Assembly (NCBI GenBank): GCA_963821875.1
Contig: CAWGFE010000004.1
Span: forward strand, 52,692 to 116,691
From: an uncultured Alphaproteobacteria bacterium
Lineage (GTDB): Bacteria; Pseudomonadota; Alphaproteobacteria; CAVTAV01
Direction of reading: 5' to 3'
Length of the DNA: 64,000 nucleotides
In this document: piece after piece, positions 9,948 to 21,115 of the stretch
How positions within the stretch are numbered: the stretch's first letter is position 1
Layout of the letters: each line of letters starts with the position of its first letter
Position numbers and translations under genes: made by a program
Notes under the pieces: model-generated
The model's database searches: none
What the model saw: only the letters and a program-made list of their open reading frames with translations
What the model was told of the DNA's origin: nothing

Positions 9948-11567
9948 CTAATTCTTCCCCGGCGGCGCGCCGTCGCGATAGAGCTTGTAGGTCAGGCTGT
10001 CGTTCATGGCCTGGAACGAGGCGTCGACGATATTCGGCGAGACGCCCACGGTGAACCAGCGCTCGCCCTTGCCATCGGCGCTTTCGATCATGACGCGAGT
10101 CACGGCATTGGTGCCGTCGCCGGTACCCTGGTTCAGGATGCGGACCTTGTAGTCGACCAGCCGCAAATCATCGATATAGGGCGAGAAGCGTCCCAAATCC
10201 TTGCGAAGAGCGGCGTCCAGTGCGTTGACCGGACCATTGCCTTCGCCCACCGACATGATCTCCTCGCCGTCGATCGTTAATTTCACCGTCGCTTCCGACA
10301 TGGTGACCAGCTCGCCCTTCGCGTTGTAGCGGCGTTCGACCAGCGTGCGGAAACTGTCGATGTTAAAATAGATCGGGACCTCGTCCAGCGTGCGGCGCGC
10401 GAGCAGCTCGAAGCTCGCCGCGGCACCGTCATAGGAATAGCCGGCGAATTCCCGCTCCTTGACGATCTCCAGCAGCCGCTTGAGCTTGGGATTTTTCGGA
10501 TCCACCTCGACGCCGATCTCTTTCAGGCGCGCGACGATATTGGCGACGCCGGACTGGTCCGAAACCAGGATCTGCCGTTCATTGCCGACCTTTTCCGGAT
10601 CGATGTGTTCGTAGGTCCGGGGGTCTTTGAGCACGGCCGAGACATGCAGTCCGCCCTTATGGGCGAATGCCGAGGTTCCGACATAGGGCGCATTGCGCTG
10701 CGGCGCGCGATTCAGCGTCTCGTCCAGCAGGCGCGACAGGCCGGTGATGCGTTTCAGCGCGTCCTCGGAAATGCCCGTATCGACCAGATCGCGATAGGTC
10801 GGTTTCAAGACCAGCGAGGGGATCAGCGAGATCATATTGGCGTTGCCGCACCGCTCGCCGAGCCCGTTGATCGTGCCCTGCACCTGCCGCACGCCGGCCC
10901 GCACGGCCGCCAGACTATTGGCGACGGCGTTCTCGGTGTCGTTATGGGCATGGATGCCGAGCCTGGTGCCCGGGATCGTCCTGGTGACCTCGCCGACGAT
11001 ACGCTCGATCTCGTCGGGGAGCGTGCCGCCATTGGTGTCGCACAGCACCAGCCAGCGTGCGCCCGCATCATGGGCGGCCTTCAGGCAGTCCATCGCGTAG
11101 GTCGGGTTGGCCTTGAAGCCGTCGAAGAAATGCTCGGCGTCGAACAGCGGCTCGCGCTCGCGACGGGCGACTTCGGCGACGCTGTCCGAAATCAGGTCGA
11201 TATTCTCGTTGAGCGGAATCTCCAGCGCCACCTCGACCTGAAAATCCCAGCTCTTTCCGACAAGACAGATCGCGCGCGTCTCGGCCTCGAACAGGGCGGC
11301 GAGGCCGGGATCATTGCCGACGCTGCGGCCCGGCCGCCGGGTCATGCCGAACGCGGTCAAGGTCGCGCAGCCGAGCTCGGGCGGATCGCCGAAAAAGGCC
11401 GTGTCGGTCGGGTTCGCACCCGGCCAGCCGCCCTCGATATAGTCGATGCCGATCTTGTCCAGCGCGGACGCCAGGACCTTCTTGTCCTCGACATTGAAGT
11501 CGACGCCCTGGGTCTGCGCGCCGTCCCTGAGCGTCGTGTCGAACAGATATAGGCGTTCGCGAGCCAT
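9948..11567 (-). CDS. cimA: Citramalate synthase (LeuA/CimA family)
   Basis: DTTLRDGAQ, IEGGWPGANP, FDAEHFFDG, GIHAHND, GERCGNAN, FAHKGGLH. Confidence 0.92.
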   Translation of the reverse strand: MARERLYLFDTTLRDGAQTQGVDFNVEDKKVLASALDKIGIDYIEGGWPGANPTDTAFFGDPPELGCATLTAFGMTRRPGRSVGNDPGLAALFEAETRAICLVGKSWDFQVEVALEIPLNENIDLISDSVAEVARREREPLFDAEHFFDGFKANPTYAMDCLKAAHDAGARWLVLCDTNGGTLPDEIERIVGEVTRTIPGTRLGIHAHNDTENAVANSLAAVRAGVRQVQGTINGLGERCGNANMISLIPSLVLKPTYRDLVDTGISEDALKRITGLSRLLDETLNRAPQRNAPYVGTSAFAHKGGLHVSAVLKDPRTYEHIDPEKVGNERQILVSDQSGVANIVARLKEIGVEVDPKNPKLKRLLEIVKEREFAGYSYDGAAASFELLARRTLDEVPIYFNIDSFRTLVERRYNAKGELVTMSEATVKLTIDGEEIMSVGEGNGPVNALDAALRKDLGRFSPYIDDLRLVDYKVRILNQGTGDGTNAVTRVMIESADGKGERWFTVGVSPNIVDASFQAMNDSLTYKLYRDGAPPGKN

Positions 11568-12940
11568 CAGGCGCGTCTCCAGGTGGTCCCGTCCGGGCCA
11601 TCCTCCAAGGTGATGCCCTGCGACTTGAGTTCGTCGCGGATGCGGTCGGATTCCGCAAAATCCCGCGCTTTTCTCGCAGCATTCCGGTCCTCGATCAAGC
11701 GCTCGATGTCGGTGTCGGAAAGGTCCTTGTCCGTCGCCGCGCCCTTGAGCCAGCCTTCCGGCGAGCTTTGCAGGATGCCCAGAAGCGATCCGCCGGTCAG
11801 CAGCTTGGCCTTCAGGATCGATTTCTCCTCTTCCGTTTCGGCCTTGTTTGCCTGGCGCGCCAGTTCGTGCAGCGCGGCGAAAGCCTCGGGCGTATTGAGA
11901 TCGTCTTCGAGCGCGGCGATGACGGTTTCCGGCTCATAGGCCTCGTCCGCCTCGACACCCGCCAGCTTTTGCAGCGCGAGGTACAGGCGATCGAGCGAGC
12001 GCTTGGCCTGCTCGAGGCCTTCCTCGGTCCAGTTTAGCGGCGCGCGGTAATGGGTCGAGAGCATGAAATAGCGCACCACCTCCCCGGGCCAATGCTTCAG
12101 CACTTCATGGACCGTCGTGTAGTTGCCGAGACTCTTCGACATCTTCTCGCGATTGATCGTGAGAAAGCCGTTATGCATCCAGTAGTTGGCCAGCACCTTG
12201 CCGTGATGGGCGCAACTGCTCTGGGCGATTTCGTTTTCATGATGGGGGAAGACAAGATCCAGCCCGCCGCCATGAATGTCGAAGGTTTCGCCGAGATAAG
12301 TCTCGCTCATGGCCGAGCATTCGATATGCCATCCCGGCCGGCCCTTGCCCCAGGGGCTGTTCCAGCCGGCGTGATCGCCCGCCGGTTTCCACAGCACGAA
12401 GTCGGCCGGATCCTTCTTGTAAGGCGCGACCTCCACCCGCGCGCCCGCGATCATGTCGTCGCGGTTGCGGTGCGAGAGCTGACCGTAATTCGGCATCGAG
12501 GTAACGTCGAACAGCACATGGCCGTCCGCCACATAGGCGTGGCCGGACGCGACGAGCTTCTCGATCATCGCGATCATCTGCGGGATATGCTCGGTGGCCT
12601 TGGGCGTCACCGTCGGGTCCAGCGCCCCGAGAGCCGCCATGTCCTCGGCGTAGATCTTGGCGAAGCGCTCGGTCAGATCGGCCATCGGCTCGCCGGCCTT
12701 CTCATGGGCCGCGATGATCTTGTCGTCGACATCCGTGATGTTGCGGACATAGGTGACCGTGTAGTCCTGTTCGCGGAAATAGCGGTAGAGGACATCGAAC
12801 ACCACCACGGGCCGCGCGTTGCCGATATGAGCATAGTCCCAGACCGTCGGGCCGCAGACATACATGCCCACCGCGCCGGGGGTGATCGGCGTAAACGGAT
12901 GCTTCTCGCGCGAGGCGGTATCGTACAGGACCAGGGCCAC
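11567..12940 (-). CDS. cysS: Cysteine--tRNA ligase
   Basis: MYVCGPTVWDYAHIGNAR, GRPGWHIECSAM, KMSKS; GTG start at 12940 with GGAG RBS. Confidence 0.97.
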   Translation of the reverse strand: MALVLYDTASREKHPFTPITPGAVGMYVCGPTVWDYAHIGNARPVVVFDVLYRYFREQDYTVTYVRNITDVDDKIIAAHEKAGEPMADLTERFAKIYAEDMAALGALDPTVTPKATEHIPQMIAMIEKLVASGHAYVADGHVLFDVTSMPNYGQLSHRNRDDMIAGARVEVAPYKKDPADFVLWKPAGDHAGWNSPWGKGRPGWHIECSAMSETYLGETFDIHGGGLDLVFPHHENEIAQSSCAHHGKVLANYWMHNGFLTINREKMSKSLGNYTTVHEVLKHWPGEVVRYFMLSTHYRAPLNWTEEGLEQAKRSLDRLYLALQKLAGVEADEAYEPETVIAALEDDLNTPEAFAALHELARQANKAETEEEKSILKAKLLTGGSLLGILQSSPEGWLKGAATDKDLSDTDIERLIEDRNAARKARDFAESDRIRDELKSQGITLEDGPDGTTWRRA

Positions 12941-13023
12941 AGGCCACTCCAATTCGGCCAGAACTTTTGAATGCAGCCCGGTATTTAACGACTCAGGCCC
13001 GTGGTCACAAGAACGTCTGCGTT

Positions 13024-13356
13024 CTAGACCTCGACGATGTCCGCGTCGGGCGCATGCTTCATGACGGATTCGACGCCGGTCATGGCCCCCGCCAATGAGG
13101 CATAGCCCTGAGACTGAAGAATGGTCTCGCCATTCGGGGCCTTGAGATGAAAGTAGTGCCGGTCGTCGGTTCCCTTGAACGTCTGGAATTGCTTCGGATC
13201 CTGAGAATTCCGCTTCACCAATTCAATGCCGTTCATTACCCCGGCCCTAGCCTTGTAGCCTTCCGAGGCCCCGATCGTTTCTCCGTTCGACGCCTTCAGG
13301 CGAAACCGGTGCTCTCCCGTTTTGTCTTGAAACAATTCGAATTTGCCAGCCGCCAT
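13024..13356 (-). CDS. yegP: YegP family protein (two DUF1508 repeats)
   Basis: Two repeats F.LKA.NGETI..S.GY; ATG at 13356 with GGAGAG RBS. Confidence 0.9.
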   Translation of the reverse strand: MAAGKFELFQDKTGEHRFRLKASNGETIGASEGYKARAGVMNGIELVKRNSQDPKQFQTFKGTDDRHYFHLKAPNGETILQSQGYASLAGAMTGVESVMKHAPDADIVEV

Positions 13357-13417
13357 TGCTCTCTCCTGTCTGTGCCTGAACACCTCCAGGTAGCAAGGAT
13401 ACGCGCTGTGTCGTCCT

Positions 13418-14759
13418 TTATTGTTGATTAGGAACAAGACGGGATTTCGCCCGTTCCCGTCCGATCAGCGGCAGGAGATGTTTCATCTCGGGGCCGTGGT
13501 CGAGGCCGGTCAGCGCCATGCGGAGCGGGTGGAAGAGGGCTTTGCCCTTGCGGCCCGTGGCCTCCTTGATCGCCTGAATCCACGTGCCCCAGGTTTCGTC
13601 GCCCCAAGGCTCCGGCGGCAGCAAGTCGGCGGCCTGAGCGAGATAGTCGGCATCCTCGATGACCGGCTCGATGGGACCGTGCATGATTCTGGCCCAGGCC
13701 GAGACATCCGCGAAGGTCGTCAGGTTCGGCCGGACCGTTTCCCAGAAGCTTTCATCCGCATCGTCGAGGCCGAGCGCCTTCAGCCGTTCGGCGACATCCG
13801 CATAGGGCGTCGCGTGCAGAATGCGGGCGTTGAGATGCTTGACGTCTTCGGGATCGAATTTCGGCGCCGCGCGTCCGAAATGCGAGAGATCGAAATCGGG
13901 CACGCAGTCGTCGAGATGGATCCGCGCCTCGACCGGATCGGAGGAGCCCAGTCGGGCCAGCAGGCTGTTCAGGGCCATCGGCTCCAGACCCGCTTCGCGC
14001 TGGTCCCGAACCGCCAGCGAACCGAGGCGCTTGGAGAGCGGTTCGCCCTGCGGACCGGTGAAGAGCGCAAAATGAGCGTAGGCCGGGGCCGGATATCCCA
14101 GGGCCTCCGCGATCTGGATCTGAACAGCTGTGTTGGCGACGTGGTCCTCGCCGCGAATGACATGGGTGATTCCCATCTCGCCGTCGTCGACGACGGAGGG
14201 CAGCGTATAGAGCGGGGTGCCATCCTCCCGGATCAGCACCGGATCTGACAGGCTCGCGGCGTCGATCGTCACCGGTCCGCGGACGATGTCCTCCCAGTGA
14301 ACCTCGGTCTGGTTCAACAGAAAGCGCCAATGCGGCTTGCGCCCTTCGGTCTCGAATTTGGCGCGTTCCTCATCCGTCAGCTTCAAAGCCGCGCGGTCAT
14401 AGACCGGCGGCTGACGGCGGGCGAGTTGGAGCTTGCGCTTGATCTCGAGTTCTTCGGCCGTCTCGTAACAGGGGTATAACCGCCCGTCCGCGCGCAGCTT
14501 ATCCGCCGCCGCGTCGTATAGCGCCTGGCGCTCGGACTGGCGGTAGGTCTCGTCCCAGTTGAGGCCGAGCCAGGTGAGATCCTCGCGGATCGCCTCGGCA
14601 AAGGTCTCGGTCGAGCGCTCGGTATCGGTGTCGTCGATACGCAGAACGAATTTGCCGCTGGTCTTGCGGGCGAACAGCCAGTTCAGCAGGGCGGCCCGCA
14701 CATTGCCGACATGGAGATAGCCCGTGGGCGAGGGGGCGAATTGAAGTCTTGGTGGTCAT
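13418..14759 (-). CDS. gltX: Glutamate--tRNA ligase, with +1 frameshift at about 14738-14750
   Basis: [31 protein letters not shown]; ATG at 14759 (MTTK) is one base out of frame with FAPSPTG. Confidence 0.92.
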
Positions 14760-14765
14760 GTGGCT

Positions 14766-16440
14766 TTAGCTGCGCCGGCGCGCGTCGCGGAAGGCGTTGG
14801 TGATCGGATAGCGCCGGTCGCGGCCGAAATTCCGGCGGGTTATCTTCACCCCCGGCGGGGCCTGACGGCGCTTGTATTCCGCGACATAGAGCATGTGCTC
14901 GATCCGCGCAACCGTCTCCCGGTCATGGCCCTGGGCGACGATTTCGTCGATCGGCATCTCCTTCTCGACGAGGCCCTGAAGGATGGCGTCGAGCTCGTCA
15001 TAGGGCGGGAGAGAGTCCTGATCGGTCTGGTCCGCGCGCAACTCGGCGCTTGGCGGTTTGGTGATGGCGTTGGGCGGGATAACCTCGCCCTCGGGGCCAA
15101 GCGCCCAATCGAGCCGGTGGCCGTTGCGCCAGCGCGCCAGCGCGAACACGGTCGTTTTGTAGACATCCTTCAGCACGGAATAGCCGCCGCTCATATCGCC
15201 GTAAAGCGTGGCGTATCCCACCGAGAGTTCGGACTTATTGCCGGTGGTGACCAGCATATGGCCGAATTTGTTGCTCATCGCCATCAGGATCACGCCGCGG
15301 ATCCGAGCCTGGATATTCTCCTCGGTCGTGTCCGGTTCCCGTCCGGCGAAGGTCTTCCTTCATCATGGTCTCGAAGGCCTCGACCGCCGGTTCGATCGCC
15401 ACGCTTTCAATCTTCACGCCCAGGCGCTCCGCGCAACCCGCAGCGTCGTCGATGCTCGCCTGGCTGGTATAGCGCGACGGCATCATCACGAGCCGTACCT
15501 TGTCGGCCCCGAGCGCATCGACCGCGACGGCCGCCGTCAGCGCGCTGTCGATGCCGCCGGACATGCCGAGAATGACGCCGGGGAAGTGGTTCTTGGCGAC
15601 GTAATCCTTGAGGCCGAGCGTCATGGCGCCGTAAATCGCCCGCAAACCTTCCCGAGACGGCGCCATCGGGCCCGGCTCGCACGCGAAGCGGCCATCCGGC
15701 TGGCGGCGCAGTCTGGCGAGCGTCACCGACTCCCGCCACGACGCGAGCCGGATCGCCGTCTTGCCGTCATGATTCAGCGCGAAGGACGAGCCGTCGAACA
15801 CCAACTCGTCCTGACCGCCGACCTGATTGGCGTAGATGAGGGGCAATCCGGTCTCGCCCACGCGCTTTTCGGCGAGCGAGAGCCGCGTGCCTTCCTTGTC
15901 CATCTCGAAGGGGGAGCCGTTCGGCACCAGCAGGATCTCCGCGCCCTTTGCTTTCAGATTCCCGGCGGCTGCCGGCGCCCACATATCTTCGCAGATCATG
16001 ACGCCGAGCCGGATCCCCAGAAACTCGATCGGATTGGGCAGGGGGCCCGGCCAGAACACGCGCTTTTCGTCGAAAACGCCGTAATTCGGCAGATCGTATT
16101 TATAGACGAGCGTCTTGATGTCGCCGTCTGCCAGCAGGGCAACCGCGTTGCGGACCTTACCATCCTGCCGCCAGGGAAGCCCCAGAAGAACCGCCGGCCC
16201 GCCATCGGACGTGTCGTTCGCGATGTCGCGGGCGGCGCTTTCGACACGATCCAGAAAGGCCGGCTTGAGGACCAGATCCTCGGGCGGATAGCCGCACAGC
16301 GCGAGTTCGGTCGTGAGCAGAAGATGAGCGCCGGCCTGGGCCGCTTCGGCGCGCGCGGCGCGAATCTTGGCGGCGTTCCCGGCGATATCGCCCACCGTCA
16401 CATTGATCTGAGCCAGGGCGATGTCGAGTGCGTCGGTCAT
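14766..16440 (-). CDS. nadE: Glutamine-dependent NAD+ synthetase, split by +1 frameshift at about 15351-15360
   Basis: Nitrilase domain (GYPPEDL, ICEDMW) and SGGIDS in ORF 15235..16440; [29 protein letters not shown] continue in the other frame. Confidence 0.93.
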
Positions 16441-16502
16441 TCTGGCCGTTCAGGAGGAAGGAAGCCGGCCGAAATGGCCGGCTCGGTGACTTGGATCGGG
16501 CG

Positions 16503-17885
16503 TCAGGAAGCTTCCCGGGCCTTGGCTGCGTTCTCCACTCGCCTCTGCTTCAATCCTTCGGCGATCAGGAACGCGAGTTCGAGAGACTGGCTGGCGTTCA
16601 GCCGCGGATCGCAATGGGTGTGATAGCGGTCAGCCAGCGCGTGCTCGGTGATCTTCTGGGCGCCGCCGATACATTCGGTGACGTCCTGCCCGGTCATCTC
16701 GATATGGACGCCGCCGGCATAGGTTCCCTCGGCTTCATGGACCTGCCAAAACCGCCGGACCTCGGCGAGAACCTGATCGAACGGCCGGGTCTTGTATCCG
16801 GTGCTCGACTTGACCGTGTTGCCATGCATCGGATCGCAGGACCAGACCACCGACTTGCCCTCGCGTTTGACCGCGCGCACCAGCTTCGGCAACAGGCCTT
16901 CGATCTTGTCCGCGCCGAACCGGGTGATCAGCGTCAACCGGCCGGGATCATTGTCCGGGTTCAGGGCGTCGATCAGCCGCAGCAATTCGTCCGGCTCCAT
17001 GGTCGGTCCGACCTTGGCGCCGACCGGGTTGCCGATGCCACGCAGGAATTCGATATGCGCGCCGTCCAGCTGACGGGTGCGCTCACCGACCCAGACGAAG
17101 TGAGCCGACGTGTCGTACCAGCGGCCGGTGGTGCTGTCGACGCGGGTCATCGCCTCTTCGTAGCCGAGCAGAAGGGCTTCGTGAGAGGTGTAGAACTCGG
17201 TCGTGCGCAGCGCCTGGGTCTCGGCGGGCGAGACGCCGCAGGCCTCCATGAAGGACAGCGCCTCGGAGATCCGGTCGGCCATGTCGCGGTAGCGCTCGCC
17301 GGCCGGGCTTTTCTCGACGAATCCCATGGTCCAGCCGTGCACGCGATGCAAATCGGCGTACCCGCCCTGAGCGAAAGCGCGCAGCAGGTTGAGCGTCGCG
17401 GCGGCCTGGCTATAGGCCTGAAGCAGGCGCTTCGGGTCCGGCACGCGGCCTTCGGGCGTGAAGTCCATGCTGTTCACGATATCGCCGCGATAGCTCGGCA
17501 GCGAAAGGCCGTCCTGGTCCTCCATCGGCGCGGAGCGCGGCTTGGCGAACTGACCGGCCATGCGGCCCACCTTCACCACCGGCGAACTGCCGGCAAAGGT
17601 CAGCGCCACCGCCATCTGCAGCATGACGCGGAACGTGTCGCGGATATTGTCCGGGTGGAATTCGGCGAAGCTTTCGGCGCAATCGCCGCCCTGCAGCAGG
17701 AAGGCCTTGCCCTGCGCGACCTCGCCGAGGTGGCGGCGCAATTCACGGGCCTCGCCGGCAAAAACGAGGGGCGGGAACCGATGCAGCGTCTGCTCGACAA
17801 CCGTCAGTTCATTCTGATCCGGATAGTCCGGCACCTGCTTGATCGGCAGGTCCCGCCATGTATTCGGAGCCCAAGTCTTCGCCAT
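16503..17885 (-). CDS. Class II DAHP synthase
   Basis: [37 protein letters not shown]; ATG at 17885 (MAKTWAP). Confidence 0.95.
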   Translation of the reverse strand: MAKTWAPNTWRDLPIKQVPDYPDQNELTVVEQTLHRFPPLVFAGEARELRRHLGEVAQGKAFLLQGGDCAESFAEFHPDNIRDTFRVMLQMAVALTFAGSSPVVKVGRMAGQFAKPRSAPMEDQDGLSLPSYRGDIVNSMDFTPEGRVPDPKRLLQAYSQAAATLNLLRAFAQGGYADLHRVHGWTMGFVEKSPAGERYRDMADRISEALSFMEACGVSPAETQALRTTEFYTSHEALLLGYEEAMTRVDSTTGRWYDTSAHFVWVGERTRQLDGAHIEFLRGIGNPVGAKVGPTMEPDELLRLIDALNPDNDPGRLTLITRFGADKIEGLLPKLVRAVKREGKSVVWSCDPMHGNTVKSSTGYKTRPFDQVLAEVRRFWQVHEAEGTYAGGVHIEMTGQDVTECIGGAQKITEHALADRYHTHCDPRLNASQSLELAFLIAEGLKQRRVENAAKAREAS

Positions 17886-18015
17886 TCTTCCAGCCTTCCA
17901 ATCCGCTCGCTGAGCATACCAACAACGCCTCGGCGAGCGGCACAAACATCAAATCAGAGCCTGATATACGCACTAAAGCGCCGATTTTCCAGTCTGTAAG
18001 CGTAACAGATGGGCC

Positions 18016-19356
18016 TCAGCGCATGGTGACAAATTCTTCCGAAGCGGTGGGGTGTACGGCGATGGTGGCGTCGAACTGGGCCTTGGTCGCGCCGCATTTG
18101 ATGGCCACCGCGAGCGACTGGATGATTTCCGGCGCATCCGCGCCGACCATATGAATACCGACGACGCGGTCGGTCGCGGTGTGGACCACAAGTTTCATGA
18201 ACATCCGCTCGTCGCGGCCCGAAAGCGTATGTTTCATCGGCCGGAACGACGTCTTGAAGACGGAAACGTCGAAATATTCCTCGCGGGCGGCTTCCTCCGA
18301 CAGGCCGACGCACGCGAGCGTCGGTTGCGAGAACACCGCGTGGGCCACGTTCTCGTAGTCCATCCTGCGCGGCGTCTTGCCGAACTGGGTGTCGGCGAAG
18401 ATATGACCTTCCTTGATCGCCACCGGCGTGAGGTTGATGCGGTGGGTGCAGTCGCCGACCGCGAAGATATTCCGCTGGCTGGTGCGCATTTCCTCGTCCA
18501 CGATCACCGCGCCGCTCTGGCCGAGCTTTATGCCGGCGGCTTCAAGCCCGAGGCCGTCCGTCTTCGGCGTCCGGCCCGTAGCGTAAAGCACGGTATCGGC
18601 TTCGAGTGTGCTGCCGTCCTTCAGCGTGACCGTCAATCCGCCGCCGGTCTTCTCGATCCGGGTAACATCGGCATGGAGCCGGATATCGATACCTTTCTTC
18701 TCCATTTCGCCCGCCAGAAAGTCGCGGCATTCCTGATCGAAGCCGCGCAGGATCTGATCGCCCCGGTACAGCAGCGAGACGTCCGAGCCCATGCCGTTGA
18801 AGATCCCGGCGAATTCGCAGGCAATATAGCCGCCCCCGACCACCAGAACGCGCTTCGGCAGCGCCGTCAGATGGAAGCACTCGTTGGAGGTGATGGCGTG
18901 CTCGATGCCGGGCACATCCGGCATGGAAGGCCAGCCGCCGACCGCAATGAGAATCTTGTCGGCGGTCACGGTCTTGTCGCCGAGATCGATCGTGTGCTCG
19001 TCCGTCAGGACCCCGCGCGAGAGGAAGAGTTCGACTCCGGCGGCTCTGAGATTCTTGATATAGATGTGGCTCAACCGCTCGATCTCTTTGTCTTTATTGG
19101 CGATAAGCCGGGCCCAATCGAATTTCGCCGGTCCGACGTTCCAGCCGAATCCGGCCGCATCCTCGAATTCCTCGGCGAAATGGGAGGCATAGACCAGCAG
19201 CTTCTTCGGCACGCAGCCCCGGATCACGCAGGTGCCGCCGACGCGGTATTCCTCGCAGATAGCGACGCGGGCCCCGTGCTGGGCTGCGATACGGCTCGCC
19301 CGGACGCCGCCTGAACCCGCGCCGAGCACAAAGAGGTCGTAATCATACGTGGCCAA
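18016..19356 (-). CDS. gor: Glutathione-disulfide reductase
   Basis: GAGSGG, GGTCVIRGCVPKK, HPTASEEFVTMR. Confidence 0.96.
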   Translation of the reverse strand: MATYDYDLFVLGAGSGGVRASRIAAQHGARVAICEEYRVGGTCVIRGCVPKKLLVYASHFAEEFEDAAGFGWNVGPAKFDWARLIANKDKEIERLSHIYIKNLRAAGVELFLSRGVLTDEHTIDLGDKTVTADKILIAVGGWPSMPDVPGIEHAITSNECFHLTALPKRVLVVGGGYIACEFAGIFNGMGSDVSLLYRGDQILRGFDQECRDFLAGEMEKKGIDIRLHADVTRIEKTGGGLTVTLKDGSTLEADTVLYATGRTPKTDGLGLEAAGIKLGQSGAVIVDEEMRTSQRNIFAVGDCTHRINLTPVAIKEGHIFADTQFGKTPRRMDYENVAHAVFSQPTLACVGLSEEAAREEYFDVSVFKTSFRPMKHTLSGRDERMFMKLVVHTATDRVVGIHMVGADAPEIIQSLAVAIKCGATKAQFDATIAVHPTASEEFVTMR

Positions 19357-19522
19357 GTCTTGCCTCCTTCGGTTGCCGCTTGGGCATGGCGGTCTTTCCG
19401 GGCCCTGTCAATATGGTCGCGACTAAATTGAGCGGTTCCGGCGACTCGTGGTAGAGTTTTTTTCTTCCGCTACCACCCCGCCGATCTCGTCTCACCTTTC
19501 TTCTCGTCCGGGCCATAATCGC

Positions 19523-20677
19523 ATGAAGATTGTCTCGGTCTTCGGTACCCGTCCCGAAGCCATCAAGATGGCGCCGGTCATCCGGGAGATCGGGCGCCGT
19601 CCGGTCATCCGCCATGTCGTTTGCGTCACCGGCCAGCATCGGGAAATGCTCGATCAGGCGCTCGAGACGTTCGCGATCGAGCCGGACCATGATCTGCGGC
19701 TGATGACGGATGGCGGGCGGCTCGGCGATCTGGCCGGAGCGGGGCTCGCCGCGCTGACGGACTTGCTTGCGCGCGAATCGCCCGATCTCGTGCTGGTTCA
19801 GGGTGATACGGCGACGACACTGGCCGGGGCGCTTGCCGCTTTCTATCTGAACATTCCCGTTGGCCACATCGAAGCGGGGCTTCGAACGCACGATCTCGCG
19901 CGTCCGTGGCCGGAGGAGGGGAATCGAAAGCTCGTCTCCGGCATCGCCACGCTGCATTTCGCGCCGACGCCGGGCAACCGGGCAAATCTGTTGTCCGAGG
20001 GAGTGCCGCCAGGCCGAATTTATGTGACCGGCAATACCGTCGTCGACGCGCTCTACCAAACCCGGCGCCGGATCGCGGCGACCCCGCCCTGGCGGACGAT
20101 TTTCACCGAGTTCGTTCCCGACGCACCATCCCGGCGGAAGCTGATCCTCGTCACCACGCATCGGCGCGAAAACTTCGCACGGCTCGAAGCGATCTGGTCG
20201 GCGATGCTGGAGATCGCCGGGCGCGGGGACTGCGACATCGTCTACCCGCTGCATCTCAATCCGAATCTCGGGGATGCCGGTCGGCATCTCGGTGGGGAGG
20301 CCGCCATTCGGCTCGTTCGTCCGCTCGATTTCGCGAGTTTCGTCTATTTGCTGGGGCGCGCCGATCTGATCCTCACGGATTCGGGCGGCATTCAGGAAGA
20401 AGCAGCGGCACTGGGCAAGCCGGTCCTGCTGATGCGGGACGTGACGGAACGCCCGGAAGCCGAGGCCACGGGCACTGTAAGGCTCGTCGGGACGGAGCCG
20501 GCCCGCATCTTGGCCGAGACGCACCGTTTGCTCGACGACGAGACGGCTCGCGCGGCCATGAGTTGCCCGTCAGCCGTGTTCGGCGACGGTTACGCCGCGC
20601 GGCGGATCGTCGACGCGATCGAGGAATTTGGAATGGGTGAGACGTCACCGCAAGACAGGTTCACGAATAGCCGCTAG
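19523..20677 (+). CDS. wecB: Non-hydrolysing UDP-N-acetylglucosamine 2-epimerase
   Basis: FGTRPEAIKMAP, TGQHREML, HIEAGLRT, TDSGGIQEEA, TERPE. Confidence 0.95.
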   Translation: MKIVSVFGTRPEAIKMAPVIREIGRRPVIRHVVCVTGQHREMLDQALETFAIEPDHDLRLMTDGGRLGDLAGAGLAALTDLLARESPDLVLVQGDTATTLAGALAAFYLNIPVGHIEAGLRTHDLARPWPEEGNRKLVSGIATLHFAPTPGNRANLLSEGVPPGRIYVTGNTVVDALYQTRRRIAATPPWRTIFTEFVPDAPSRRKLILVTTHRRENFARLEAIWSAMLEIAGRGDCDIVYPLHLNPNLGDAGRHLGGEAAIRLVRPLDFASFVYLLGRADLILTDSGGIQEEAAALGKPVLLMRDVTERPEAEATGTVRLVGTEPARILAETHRLLDDETARAAMSCPSAVFGDGYAARRIVDAIEEFGMGETSPQDRFTNSR

Positions 20678-20722
20678 TCTTTCGGCACCAGACAACGCAC
20701 CTATATAGAGAGGGGATTTTCA

Positions 20723-21106
20723 ATGGCAGATGACGTGAACGAGCGCGGCATGGAGCTGCGCCGCAAGATGTTCGGGCCGGAAGGCGCCGAGAAGCGTGTC
20801 GAGGCGGCAAGCGACTTCATCCGGCCCCTGGAGGATTACGTCACGCGCGAGTGCTTCGGCGACACCTGGAACCGCGGCGTGCTCGATCACAAGACCCGCA
20901 GCATGATCACCATCGCGATGCTCACCGCTCTCGGCGGCCAGGGCGGCCAGATCCGCAATCACGTCAAAGGCGCGATCGCGAACGGTGTTTCCAAGGACGA
21001 GATCCGCGAGATCCTGCGCCACGCGGCGATTTATTGCGGCGTTCCCCGGTCGGTCGACGCCTTCAAAAATGCCGAATCCATGCTGAAGGAAATGGGGCTG
21101 GAATAG
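20723..21106 (+). CDS. Carboxymuconolactone decarboxylase family protein
   Basis: FGDTWNR..LDHKTRSMITIAML, HVKGAIANGVS, AAIYCGVP (PcaC-like, no AhpD CxxC). Confidence 0.88.
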   Translation: MADDVNERGMELRRKMFGPEGAEKRVEAASDFIRPLEDYVTRECFGDTWNRGVLDHKTRSMITIAMLTALGGQGGQIRNHVKGAIANGVSKDEIREILRHAAIYCGVPRSVDAFKNAESMLKEMGLE

Positions 21107-21115
21107 ATCCTGTTC

